64,000 nucleotides of DNA, from NCBI RefSeq assembly GCF_006345805.1, contig NC_043013.1, forward strand, positions 8,432,001 to 8,496,000, given 5' to 3'. Under the pieces are notes generated by a model. That model saw only the letters and a list, made by a program, of their open reading frames with translations, did no database searches and was not told the origin of the DNA. The stretch is from Octopus sinensis. Its lineage: Eukaryota. Of this stretch, positions 1-13,948 are shown piece by piece (position 1 is the stretch's first letter; the number at the start of each line of letters is the position of its first letter). The translations under genes were made by a program, and so were the position numbers.

Positions 1-230
1 CCTCCTCCTCTTCCTCCCCTCCTCATCCCCTCCTCCACCTCTTCCTCCTCCTCCTCTTCCTTCTCCTCATCCACTTCTTCCCTTCCTCCTCCTCTTCCTC
101 CTCCTCTTCCTCCTCCTCCTCCTCCTCCTACCCTCCTCCTCTTCCTTCTCCTCCTCCACTTCCTCCCCTCCTCCTCTTCCTCCCCCTCCTCATCCTCCCG
201 CTCCTCCCCTCCTCCTCTTCCCCCTCCTCT
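1..230. repeat. Degenerate (CCT)n polypyrimidine/polypurine tract
   Basis: Almost exclusively C/T on the + strand. Confidence 0.9.
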
Positions 231-389
231 CGTCTATTCCCAACGAAACCGCATCAGAAACTGAACACCATGTTTTCCAGCATTTACTGTAAACATGTAG
301 TATACACATTCAAACACCGTCACAATCTTTCCAAATCCCACTGCATTTCACATGGAATTTTTTGGTCCTACAAAATCATTTTGGTGTTT

Positions 390-690
390 AAGTCAACATA
401 TCCACCTCAAAAAATAGAACCAATATTTTCTGATTCTGCAATATTTTTTTCTTTTTCAGTATCTCTCATTTTTGTATCCATTGCTAAAAGTATTTGATTC
501 TTGCTCTGTGAAGAGATATTTGATGAAATATGCAAAAAAAATTTTTTAATCTGTAAAACTGTCTTTAGTAAAAAGTGTCATTGGGTATTATCTCCACTTC
601 TCAGATTAAAGGGAGGGTTTTTTTTTGTTTTCAAAGCTGTTGGGTAAAACTGCATTCTACAGTTAACAGTAATAAAATTTGAAGCCGTTA
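390..690 (+). repeat. Unclassified interspersed repeat; second copy at ~35590-36269
   Basis: Shared blocks tcagtatctctc-ttttgtatcca...gaaatatg and ttcaaag-tgttgggtaaaact-catt-cacagttaac. Confidence 0.7.
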
Positions 691-756
691 AGTCTCAGCC
701 ACAAGATAGGTAAAATGATATCAACTTGTCAGAATAGTTAACATATTCAACATAGT

Positions 757-912
757 GGCACAGGAGTGGCTGTGTGGTAAGTAGCTTGCTTACCAGCCAC
801 ATGGTCCTGGGTTCAGTCCCACTGCGTGGTACCTTGGGCAGGTGTTTTATACTATAGCTTTGTGAGCGGATTTGGTAGATGGAAACTGAAAGAAGCCTGT
901 CGTATATACGTG

Positions 913-953
<41 letters not shown>

Positions 954-1184
954 GGTATGTGTGTGTATATGTTTGTGTGTCTGTTTGTCCCCCCAGCATC
1001 ATTTGACAACCGAAGCTGGTGTGTTTATGTCCTTGTAACTTAGTGATTCAGCAAAAGAGAACCAATAAAATAAGTACTAGGCTTACAAAGAATAAGCTCT
1101 GGAGTCGATTTGCTGGACTATAAAGGCAGTGCTCCAGCATGGCCGCAGTCAAATGACTGAAACAAGTAAAAGAGTAAAAGAGTA
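757..1184 (+). mobile_element. tRNA-derived SINE family B (CORE-like ccttgggcaagtgtc, internal (TA)/(TG) microsatellite, aagagta tail)
   Basis: Matches many other copies in the window. Confidence 0.85.
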
Positions 1185-2127
1185 TAGTTAAGTGACCAAG
1201 GTATTGAATAACTGCTATTCTCTTATAAGCCATTACCTGTGATAATTATTATACTGTGACAGGGGAGAAGAATCAACAAGGAGGGGTGTGGTTTGAGGGA
1301 TATTTGGCAGTTATTTCTAGCTGGTTAGTTCAGCAATGGCACACTCTATATACAGTTTATGAGCATAGCCACAGGTGTGGTTATGTGGCAAGGAGCTTGT
1401 TCCCAACCACAATCTACTTACCACACAGCCACATGCACACCCCACCATATATATGTATATACATATATACATATGTATACACACACACATATATAGGTGC
1501 GGACATGGTTTTGCAGTCAAGATTTTGGTCAAGCATCTTCTACTATAACCCTGGGCCAATCAGTGCCTTGTGAGTGGATTCAGTTGGTGGAAACTAAAAG
1601 ACCTTCATATATATAACTGCACACATATATAGGTGTGTGTGTGTACACCTACACATGTATATATGTGTAACTGCATGCATATGTGTGTTTATGTGAAGTG
1701 AGTTTGCATGTCATTCATCTCCTTGGATCATTCTAAAATCTGAAAAGATCCAAGATCCACAACACTTTTAATCCTAAGTATTTTGAATATGGGATTATTG
1801 AAGGCTGCAAGCTGGCAGAAACGTTAGCATGCCGGGTGAAATGCTTAGCAGTATTCCATCTGTCTTTACATTCTGAGTTCAAATCCCGCTGAGGTTGACT
1901 TTGTCTTTCATCCTTTCAGGATCGATAGATTAAGTACCAGTTGCATACTGGGGTCGATCTAGTCAACTGGCCTCTCCCTAAAAATTTTTGGCCTTGTTCT
2001 TTGAGTAGAAAAGAATAAGGGATTATTGATTGTAATACATAAGGAAATCTCTGAAGTGTTTCTTCAAGTGTATTTAATGAACTGAATAATTTATTTTGAC
2101 TAAAATAAAATCATTATCTCTTTTCAG

Positions 2128-2202
2128 AATATTTAGGAAGTTCCAGTACATTCTAAATCCTAGGCAGGTCTATAATTTGACGAAAGGTGGCCCCAAGGCT
2201 GG
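2128..2202 (+). CDS. DGK: DGK exon (R)[24 protein letters not shown](G)
   Basis: ttttcag acceptor, gtaagt donor, 75 nt, phase 2/2. Confidence 0.93.
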
Positions 2203-5200
2203 GTAAGTTTATTATTTCTATGCCAACACGATATTATTAACTAAACTCAGTGGACAATGCTAGTAAACATATTTACAACAGAGCTGTCTCTGTACCATGC
2301 TTCAACTTCTCAACACCTGGCATAATGCCACTTCCTTTCTCTGCTACTACACTCCATTCAGTTGGGGGTCTTTTCATTGTCTTGTAAGTTACTTGGTAAC
2401 CTCATTGGTCCTGAGAAAAAAAAGAGCAGTATACTTTGTAAAGTGGTTGGCATTAGGAAGGACATCCAGCTATTGAAATCAAGCCAAAACAGATGCTGAA
2501 GATCAACAGAATTCTCTCTCTAGCCCCTTGGATTCAGTCAAAACATCAAACCCATGTTAGCATGAGTATTACTTTCACCAGCATTAGAATCCCAATGAAG
2601 AACAAGCACACAATATTAATGTATAGTTAATATATACAACAAAATTACCATAAACTAAGAAACTAATAACATCAAAACAGGTTTAACCCTTCAAGAACTA
2701 GAATTTCATTGAAAGACAACTTATAACCTTGAGATCACAAGATACAAAAGGTTTGCAGTCAACAAGCTCATCATCAAGCATATACATCAAGGCAATGCCA
2801 GTGACCCAGCATGGTCACAATCCAATGGCTGAAATGAATAAAAGATCCCATCCTCAGCTGCCTGACAGATGTCATTATGGTTTCAACACCTTGCCCAGTA
2901 TCATTCACTATGACAGTGTTTATTTACACACACACACACATACATCTCTGCTTTATTGATCACATGAATACTCTGTACCATGTTGGCTAGCAACCCATGT
3001 CTGCCCATTAGGACTATTTTGAAAAGCCTCTGAGATTCAGTCTATTGCAGACTGAGTTTTGTTTTGAGAATTACTTAGATGATAAAGCTCTATTTTGCAA
3101 TTATTATTTTTAGATAACATTAACATTAAATAAAATAATATTCGAAGGAAAACATGAAAATAAATTTTCCAAAATTTTTCTCTTTTATCTTGTATTCCAT
3201 TTTATGACTATTTTCCATTTCTATTCAGGCTGCAGTTCTTTAAAGATGTAAAATGCGCACGTGTCCTTGTATGCGGCGGAGATGGTACCGTAGGTTGGAT
3301 TTTAGATGCTATGGGTAAGTAAAATAATTTCACATTATTTAGCAGTAGTTTCATTTTTGAACTCGTGGGAGGGCGCTACTATCTTTTACTTGTTTCTATC
3401 ATTAGACTGAGGCCATGCTGGGGCACCATCTTAAAGAATTTTAATTGGACGAATTGATTGCTGTACTTATTTTTTTTTTTAAAGCCTAGTAATAATTCCA
3501 TCAGTCTCTTTTTGCCAAACTGCTAAGCAATGGTAGGAGACAATCAGTCACATAAACACACAAACACACACACACACACACGCACACACACCACCTATTT
3601 CTTTACTACCCACAAGGGGCTAAACACAGAGGGGACAAACAATGACACTACCGGATTAAGTCGATGTAATCGAGCCCAGTGCATAACTGGTACTTAATTT
3701 ATCGACCTCGAAAGGATGAGAGGCAAAGTCGATCTCGGCGGTATTTGAACTCAGAATGTAGTGGCAGGTGAAATACAGCTACGCATTTCGCCCGGCGTGC
3801 TAACGATTCTGCCAGCTCACCACACACGCATGCACGCGCATACACATGTATGCATAAGACAGGACTATTTCAGTTTCCATTTGCAGAGCTTTGGTCAGCC
3901 CAAGGCTATAGTAGAAAACACTTGCCCAAATTCCACGCAGTGGGACTGAACCTGGAATCATGTGTTGGAATCTGCACCTACCACCAGTCTTCCATTGCCA
4001 TAGGGCTTTCAGTAGACGGAATGATAAATGAAGTCTCTATAAAGACACATCTGTACATCATTAAATCATAAGGATAACGTTTGTGCAACACAGGTACCAT
4101 TCTGTGAGTCTCCATGATTAGTACTTAGTTACAGGCTGAAGTGAAATGACCGGTAATCATGTGAAACTGTAGGTAGCATGTCAGTGTCTCTCTGCTAGAA
4201 TGTTTATGACTTGTAGGAACACTATATTTTGTTATGCAATCATAATTTACTACAAAGTATATTAAACATTTTTATAAGTCAAAACCATGTTCTACTGTGT
4301 TAGCAGTGCTCTAACATTGCTCATTTAGGTTATTTCTATAGAAATTATAACCAGCATTGATTTTGTTACAACATTTCGTATCTGAGACGCCAGATGTAAA
4401 CGACAATATATTGAAGATGAATAATGGGTAATGGGCATTTATGCCATATATTAGGGGTCTTTGTTCCTTCATCGACACCCATCCAACTAATATTTACAGA
4501 CCAACTTCCTATAATCTCTATAGGAAATCTGTAGTGAAAACATTAACAAGACTGTTAGAAAGATGGATGTCTCAACAACATATACAAATATTTGTTCATA
4601 AACACATTCACTTGTAATAAGATTATTGATACGTGACCACGTGTGTACCGTTGGCGATTTTTTTTCCTCTGTCTTCCCGTCTCTGGATCTTTCCTTCTCC
4701 TATGTTTCCGACGAAGAGCTCCGCTCGAAACGTTAAACCCTCCTTCTTCCCTTCCTTCCTGAGCGTCCAATAATACCATATTTGTTCCACGTCCTCGCGT
4801 TGTTGTGTTTTCTCTTTGTGTTTTCATGTTTGGATTAACTATATATGTATATATATGTATATATATATATATATACATCTTTTGTAATTGATGTTGTTGT
4901 TGTTGTTTTGCAGATAAAATGAATATTGAGCCACGCCTTCCTGTAGCTGTTCTTCCATTGGGTACTGGAAATGATTTAGCTCGTTGTCTCAATTGGGGTC
5001 CAGGTAAAGCTATATATACACTTTTACTCTTTTACTTGTTTCAGTCATTTGACTGCGGCCATGCTGGAGCACCACCTTTAGTCAAGCACATCGACCCCAG
5101 GACTTATTCTTTGTAAGCCCCTAGTATTTATTCTATTGGTCTCTTTTGCTGAACCGCTAAATTATCAGGAGGTAAACATGCCAGCATCAGTTGTTAAGTG

Positions 5201-8200
5201 ATGTTGTGGGGACAAACACAGACACACAAACATACATATATGTATATATATACATACACATACGATAGGCATCTTTCAGATTCTGTCTACCAAATCCACT
5301 CACAAGGCTTTGGTTGGCCTGTGGCTATAGTAGAAGACACTTGCCCAAGAAGCTACACAGTGGGACTGAACCCAGAACCATGTAGTTCGTAAGCAAGTTA
5401 CTTACCACACAGCCACTCCTATATATCTTTTGCTTGTTTTAGTCATTAGACTGTGGCCATGTTGGGGCACTGCCTTAGAGAATTTTAGTTGCACAAATTG
5501 CTCCAGTATTTACATATATATTTTTATAGCCTGGTGCATATTCTGTTGGTCACTTTTTGCTGAACCACTAAGTTATTGGGACATAGACACACCAATACTG
5601 GTCATCAAGCAGTGATGGAGAACAAACACAGATGAACACACACATATTTGATGGGCTTCTTTTAGTTTCCATCTACCAAATCTACTCACAAGGTTTTGGT
5701 TAGCCCAAGGCTATAGTAGAAGACACTTGCCCAAAGTGCCATGCAGTGGGACTGAACTCAAAACCATGTGGCTGGGAAGCAAACTTCTTACCACACAGCC
5801 AAAAGGTTTAGTTGAACAACTCAACCACTGTACTTATTCTTTGTAAGCCAAGTACTCATTCTATCAGTTTCTTTTGCCAAACCACTAAGTTATGGGGATG
5901 TAAACTAACCAATACTTGTCAAGTGATGTCAGAGAAAGAAATATAAGCAAAAGGACTACACACACGTACACTCACACACACACTTCCGCACAGTGTCCTT
6001 CTTCAAACTTCACTCACTAGATTCACTCATAAGTCATAAGGTATTTATTTCTTTATTGCCCAAAAGGGGCTAAACACAGAGGGGACAAACAAGGACAGAC
6101 AAAGGGATTAAGTCGATTACATCAACCCCAGTGCATAACTGATACTTAGTTAATGGACCCCGAAAGGATGAAAGGCAAAGTCGACCTCAGCGGAATTTGA
6201 ACTCAGAATGTAACGGCAGACAAAATACTGCTAAGTATTTCTCCTGGCATGCTAACAATTCTCCCAGCTTGCCACCCTAAAATCATAAAGTATTAGTCAT
6301 AAGTTATAACTCATAAGGTATTGGTCACCCAAGGTGCCGCTTAGTGATATTGAACCTAAAAACTACATGGTTGCAAAATGAGCTTCTTAACTACGCAGCT
6401 ATGCTTGTACTGATAATATTAATTTGATATTCTTTTCTCTCTCACTCTCTTTCTTTCTTTATTTTTTTTTTTTACAGGATATGAAGGAGAAAGTTTAGAG
6501 AAAATTATTCACTCTATTGAGAAAAGTACCGAAGTGATGTTAGACCGTTGGCATATTGAGGTGAATGATGTTGAAGAGAGTGGTGAACCTGGTGACGCTG
6601 TACCTCTTAATATCATCAACAACTATTTTTCTATTGGAGTGGTGAGTAGACAAACATCATTTGATTTATATGACAATAATGCAGTGAGCAGACAGAATCA
6701 TTATTATGCTGGGCAAAATTCTTCGCAGCATTTCTTCATATTTTCATTCTGAGTTCAAATGCTGCCAAGATTGACTTTGCCTTTCATATTTTCAGAGTTG
6801 ATAAAATAAGTACCAGCTCAGCACTGGGGTGGACATAATCAGCTTCCCCACTTATTCAAGAATGCTGGCCTTGTGCCAAAATTAGAATTATATTTGGCAG
6901 TTGTTTTGATAATTTATATATTTCTTTACTACCCACAAGGGGCTAAACATAGAAGGGACAAACAAGGACAGACAAACGGATTAAGTCGATTACATCGACC
7001 CCAGTGCGAAACTAGTCCTTTATTTATCGACCCCGAAAGGATGAAAGGCAAAGTCGACCTCGGCGGAATTTGAACTCAGAGTGTAACGACAGACGAAATA
7101 CCGCGAAGCATTTCGCCCGGCTCGTTAACGTTTCTGCCAGCTCGCCGCCCTTGTTTTGATAATTTATAGCTATGCCCCACCCTCCTAGTAATTATTTGGT
7201 AAATTTTTGCACCCCTATAAAAGTAACATCACATTTGAAGATGAAAAAGTTAATATTTAAACAGCTAGTTTATTTTATTATTATTATTCTTTTTTAATTG
7301 AACCCCATACAGTATTGTGGGTGAACAAATTGTACTATGAAAATAAACTTAAAATTTAAATGTAAATTGAACAATAGATGCAGGAGTGGCTGTGTGGTAA
7401 GTAGCTTGTTTGCCAACCAGATGGCTCCGGGTTCAGTCCCACTGCATGGCACCTTGGGCAAGTGTCTTCTACTATAGCCTCGGGCCGACCAAAGCCTTGT
7501 GAGTGGATTTGGTAGACGGAAACTGAAAGAAGTCCGTCGTATATATGTATATATATGCGTGTGTGTGTGTTTGTGTATCTGTGTTTGTCCCCCTAGCATT
7601 GCTTGACAACCGATGCTGGTGTGTTTATGTCCCCGTTACTTAACAGTTCGGCAAAAGAGACCGATAGAATAAGTACTGGGCTTACAAAAGAATAAGTCCC
7701 GGGGTCGAGTTGCTCGATTAAAGGCGGTGCTCCAGCATGGCCGCGGTCAAATGACTGAAACAAGTAAAAGAGTAATTGAAAAAAATATATAAACTCTGAA
7801 ATCCATCACTATTGTGAACATAGAATTCAATGTCTTTGCTTCCGATTCTTGTTCTTGATTTTATGAAAATCAATCTTAAATGTACCACGTGTTCATCATT
7901 ATTCATGCTCTCAGTAACACGATTACCCAAACTTTTAATTGCATTAAATGCAATCAAATTATCCACTTTGAATACATGACAACTTGGAGTAACGAGAACA
8001 CATTATTGATGATATTCAGGAATGATGAAGAATTGGCTTTGACAAACTGCTGATTAGTTGAGTCATCGAATGATTAATCACACAATCAGTTAAAGTTAAT
8101 TGGTTAATTAATTAGCTACTTGACTAATAACTAATAAAGATAATAGAAAGAAGAAAAATAGAACCAGTGTGTATGTGTTTATTGGCAACATGACCCTCCC

Positions 8201-11200
8201 AAAATACACCGACTATTTGATTATCACTGTTTCAAAATTAATTCTTATTCTTTTGTAACAACTTGTCATTGTCAGGATGCTTCCATTTGCCACCGTTTCC
8301 ATACAATGAGAGAAAAACATCCAGAGAAATTTAACAGCAGGTTAGTTTGGGAAGAAATATTAAAATTTTTCTTTTTTGCAGTTGAAATATTATATGTACT
8401 TCATACTTTACAGTAACGTATTTGTTTTATTACACACTGATATATTATATATATATACATATATATATGTATATATATATATGTGTATATATATATATAT
8501 ATAATATATATATTATTTTAATATATATATATTCATTCATTCATTAACTCCTTTCATTCGTACACACACACACACACTGGCATGGCCATTTTAACCCCAG
8601 GAAGATGCCTCCTCCGACTGGTTATCGCTGCAACCTGCACCTGATTTATATTGCAAGCAGGGGAGCGAACCTCTATCATCTCCCAGTAACAAGACCACTG
8701 GACCGTATGATTTTGAGCTATTTGTGTTCATGGAGGATACTCACCCGCTAGAGATAACAGTAGTTCACTTCAGCTCACAATATATAGAAAAATAGGCGGT
8801 GCCTGAAAATTGAGATTTTTGGAATGTTTTTGAATTTAATGTAACTTTGTGAATTTATTTGCAGAATAAAGAACAAGATGTGGTATTTTGAATTTGGTAC
8901 ATCAGAAACGTTTTCTGCAACTTGCAAGAGCCTGCATGAAAATATTGAAGTATCGGTATGTATGTTTAGTTTTCTAATCTTAATCTTGGCACCATAGCAT
9001 ATCTGAAGATAATGTCTGCCTATTCTGTGCTACACCAAATGATACGTACACACACACACACACATATTGATAAGGAGAATGAAGAATTTGAATAGTCAAA
9101 CGGTATGTTTATTTCCAGTTAGTTTATTCATGATAATTGTGCAACGTGCGTTTCGGTCGCATTAACTGCATATTGTTGCTTATTTACATGCAGTGGTTTA
9201 TGCTTCATCAGTACAATCTCTTCAGAGCATATAAGTATGACGTTGTTCAAAGAGGAATTTTCCTCCGCTATTAGTTTGAATTAGGCTTGGTAGTAGTAGT
9301 AGTAGTAGTAGTAAACCATGACATTCTTCAATGAGCTGCTTTTCTCAACTGATTGTTTTGGGTAATATGCAATAATGGAGATTTGACTCACTTTGCATTA
9401 CTTAAAGTTTTGTGGGTATAAAACACATCCACTTCATCATATGTTCAGAGATGAAAATTCTCTCCACTCTGTCTTGAAATATCTGATGATATAAGATGTG
9501 TTACATGCTCATGAAAATAATAAGTGATGTGAAACTGAGTCAGAATGTTATTAAATACCAGATTAAATTATTAAATACCAAATATGTTGAGTTCTTCTTC
9601 CTTTTGTTAGTTCATTTATTTATATACCGTAAATCCTCGAGTATAATCCGCATTTTTTTCCCAAAATTTAAAGGTCAAAATCCCTAGTGCATACTATATA
9701 CGAGGTTAAAAACGAAAAATATTTTCTAAGCAATGTCTGAGTCTCTATTTGCTGTCCAGCAATGTTTATTCAGACGCATTTTGTGATGTCGGGCGTGAAA
9801 ATACCTTAAGCTAAGCCTGAAAGCAATGAAGTCATAAAAGGATCATCCATAACTTGCAATAAGCAACATTTATTAAAATAAAAGTATTCAGAACACAGAA
9901 TAACATGTAACAAAAACAATTTGCAAACATATTTACATTCCATATAACAGTTAAGAACATCACCATTATTGTATTACGCATGCGCGAAAGTGTTTGTTCG
10001 ACTAGGTGCTGCTGGCTTAATTATGCACGACTCAAGTTAGAGAAGAGGTAAGTATTATACACAAGGTTTAGGTTTTTCAGAAGTACAGCCCCCTAAAAAT
10101 CCCCTGCATATTATACTCAAGGGCGGACTATACTGGAGGATTTACGGTATACATTTATCCATGCCCACGGACACACACACACATATATTTTAAGATGATT
10201 TTTCTCTGTAATATCTGGTCAAACAGCCTGTATTTCCCAATCAGTCTGAACATAGAAATTCCAAAGGATGGTTACTTTGGCATTCTGGGAAAACTTTGTG
10301 AGGGAGGCCCTGTGCATGGTATATTGATCAGTGTCTAGCGAATGTTTCAAAAAAAGATGGATGAATGTCGCAAGGATGGCACATATGAATGACAAGGCCA
10401 CCTTGAGCATAATCCTATGAACCTGGAAAAGTTTAAAACAGAGGGTTACCTACTTGCAAACAAATGTGGTAACATGTAACATTATTGACCGAGGTTACTG
10501 AGGCCTTTTCCATAGGCTTTTCTTTCCACGGATAAACCTTATCTGCTTCCCCCTTTACACTTTACATCATGACATTTCTGTGATACACGATCCCTTTTGA
10601 TCGTTTTTCCTTTTTCTTTTTTTCCCTTCCACCCTCCTTTTATTATTTCCCTTTTACGATCCCTTTTGATAGAAAACCTAACCCACTTATTTCTTTTTTC
10701 TTTTTTCTTTTTTTTTCCTCCCCAAAAAGAAAAGCTCTACTTTGTAATCTGTCCCGTCTGTGTGCAGCCCTGTGTGGCTAATAAAGAAACATATTGATCA
10801 GTCTATGTACTGAGTTACCCTGTTATGTCTTTACAAGTATTCTGTTGGTGCTAGCTGGCCGCATTTAGTGATTATGTGGTTGATTGTCTCTGGATATTCT
10901 CCACATACATGGCACAATGGGCTGCTTTCATGTTTCAGAACTTCATATGAACTTCAATGAGCTGATCTTCTCTGGTAATTTCTAGTAGGAAGGCACTGAT
11001 CCTGAACAGCAATAATATACCTCTCTGCTTCTCATTTGAGACTGGATCAACCAGTGATGGTTAAATTTTGGTCTGTATCACAGTCCTTAGCTTTAATTGG
11101 ATATTTTCCATGCAGAGGTTTGTGCTTCCGTTTCTCTTTTAGTGTACTGGTGGCTGGTTTACTCTTTACTCTCTCTTTTACTCTTTTACTTGTTTCAGTC

Positions 11201-12579
11201 CTTTGACTGCGGCCATGCTGGAGCACCGCCTTTAGTCGAGCAAATCGACCCCGGAACTTATTCTATTGGTCTCTTTTGCTGAACCGCTAAGTGACAGGGA
11301 CGTAAACACACCAGCATCAGTTGTCAAGCAATTCTAGAGGGACAAACACAGACGCACAAACACACACACGCATATATCTTTATATATAAAAGTGAAGTTG
11401 TGTGTCTGTATCCTACGATTTAGATTCCTAACTACTCCCACATTTTACGGTGCAGTGTAACCAAAAGCGGGTATCTTATAGTCGTGATTCATATCGAGCC
11501 CTTCTGGGTATTAGCACGCGTCTACGATCAGTCTACGATTTAAAAAATAATTTACCATCATTTTTTCCCATTTTTAAATGCATTTTTTTGCTATTATATA
11601 AGGGAAGTAACTCTCTAAAAATGCTTATATAGTTATTTCCCTTACAAACCCGAGCAACGCCGGGCGATACTGCTAGTATATATATATATATATATATACA
11701 TACATATATACGACAGGTTTCTTTCAGTTTCCATCTACCAAATCCACTCACAAGGCTTTGGTCGGCCCGAGGCTATAGCAGAAGATACTTGCCCAAGGTG
11801 TCACGCAGTGGGACTGAACCCGGAACCATGTGGTTGGTTAGCAAGCTACTTACCACACTGGCTCTATTTTATATTTGTGTTGCCTTGTCAGTTGGAAATG
11901 CATTTTCTTCAGTTGCTGATCTTTCTAGCTGCATTTCTTGACGCTAAAAACATTTTACAATTATTCATAATTAAATACAACTTATTGGTATTTCCATGTT
12001 CCAGAACTAGCTTTAACATCCAGTCATTTGCTTGTTGCAGGGAGGCAGAAAGTCCCATGGTTTCAATTTCCAATGAGAGTTGAGATTGTATTAACCCCCA
12101 ACCACCTTCTTTTCTTAGTCTGTGTCTGCTTTTAGGTGATTGCATACACTTTATTGCCATTAACTTTCAGATTTTGACATTGACCTTGTTGACCTCAGAG
12201 ATCAACCAGTTTACAACATTGAAGCTCAATTACCTTCCAAGCATGGCCAACATGTTTATGGCTGCAGTTTTGTTTACTCTTTTATTTGTTTCAGTCATTT
12301 GACTGTGGCCATGCTGGAGCACCACCTTTTTGGCTGTTGTTATTATTATTATTATTATTATTATATTATTATTATTATTATTATTAGGCAGAATCGTTAG
12401 CATGCTGGGTAAAATGTTTAGTGGCATTTCGTCTGTCATTACATTCAAATTCCGCCAAGGTGGTCTTTGCCTTTCATCCTTTCAGGGTCGTTGAAATAAG
12501 TACCAGTTATGCACTGGGGTCGATGTAATCGACTTACCCCTTACCCAAAATTTCAGGCCTTGTGCCTATAATAGAAAGG

Positions 12580-12678
<99 letters not shown>

Positions 12679-13903
12679 TTATGTTTGACTTTTGCTTTAC
12701 ATTTGTACAAGTTGGCTCCAAGTCTCATCCAGAAACCTTAAGAGACAACAAGTTGGAAGTTCATGTTTGTGTTATGCCTAGGATGCTATATATTTGGTTT
12801 TGTACATAGTGTTGTTCTAGAGAACGTTTAAGAAAACATAAGAAAATTATGTTTGTTTTAAAACTTGAGATTACATAGAAAGTATTTTGCGTAGGATATG
12901 GGCAGTTTCTCATGAGTAATATCTTTTGAATTTCTACCACTTTGGGGTTTCCTGGTATCTGAGTTAGGTAGCAATTAGCCCCTTTTGGTATCATTCCCAG
13001 GGCACTTATTAATGTTTATTATTATTATTGTTATCATCATCATCATCATCATCATTATTATTATCATTATTATTATTATTTTTCAGTGTGAAGACTGTTC
13101 TCTAGAGGTGCATAAAGGTTCTGGTCTTGAAGGTATTGCCATGTTAAACATACCAACCATTTATGGTGGAGCATCTTTGTGGGGTGAAAACCCCACCAAA
13201 AAACAAAAACAAAAGATACTTAAAAGTGTCAAGAAAAAGAAAGACCAAAAGATGTACCCCCAGTCCAAAACTGAACTCCAAGCCTGCATTTCAGGTTAGT
13301 TATGACCTTTCTTGGCGTAGAAGTCTATCTTTCACAAAATCTCTACAGAATCTGTTTTTGTTATTACAGAAGCCTTGTTTCATCATTGTAGAAGTCTGCT
13401 AGCTGTGACATTAATAAACTAGAATTTATTCCTCGGACTCAAGAAATGTTTTTACGTTTTACTTGTTTCAGTCATTGGACTGCAGCCATGCTAGGATACC
13501 CACCTTGAAGGGTTTATTTGAGCAAATTGATCTCAATACTTGTTATCTTTTTAAGCATTGGTACTTATTCTGTCAGTGTCTTTTACTGAACCACTAAGGT
13601 ACGGAGACATAAACACACCAACACTGGTTGTCAAGCAGTGGTGGGGGTCAAACACAGACACAAAGACACATACACATAGATACATACATACATACATACA
13701 TATACACACACGATGGGTTTCTTTCAGTTTCCATCTGCCAAATCCACTCACAAAGCTTTAGTTGGCCCAAGGCTATAGTAAAAGGTGCCTGTCGAAGGTG
13801 CTACACAGTGGAACTGAACCCAAAGCCATGCAGTTGGGAAGCAAACATCTTACCACACTGCCACACCTGTGGCTATGTATCAACTTTTTATTTCTCTCTC
13901 TCT

Positions 13904-13948
<45 letters not shown>

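Noticed and set aside
695-1233. Recurrent ORFs such as MSxDxGGTN.../MLAWVG... suggesting a gene family
   Set aside because: They are read-throughs of SINE B and RTE-tail copies.
231-2127. Preceding DGK exon (PLLVFVNPKSGG-type)
   Set aside because: Not found by eye in this interval; presumed upstream of the window.
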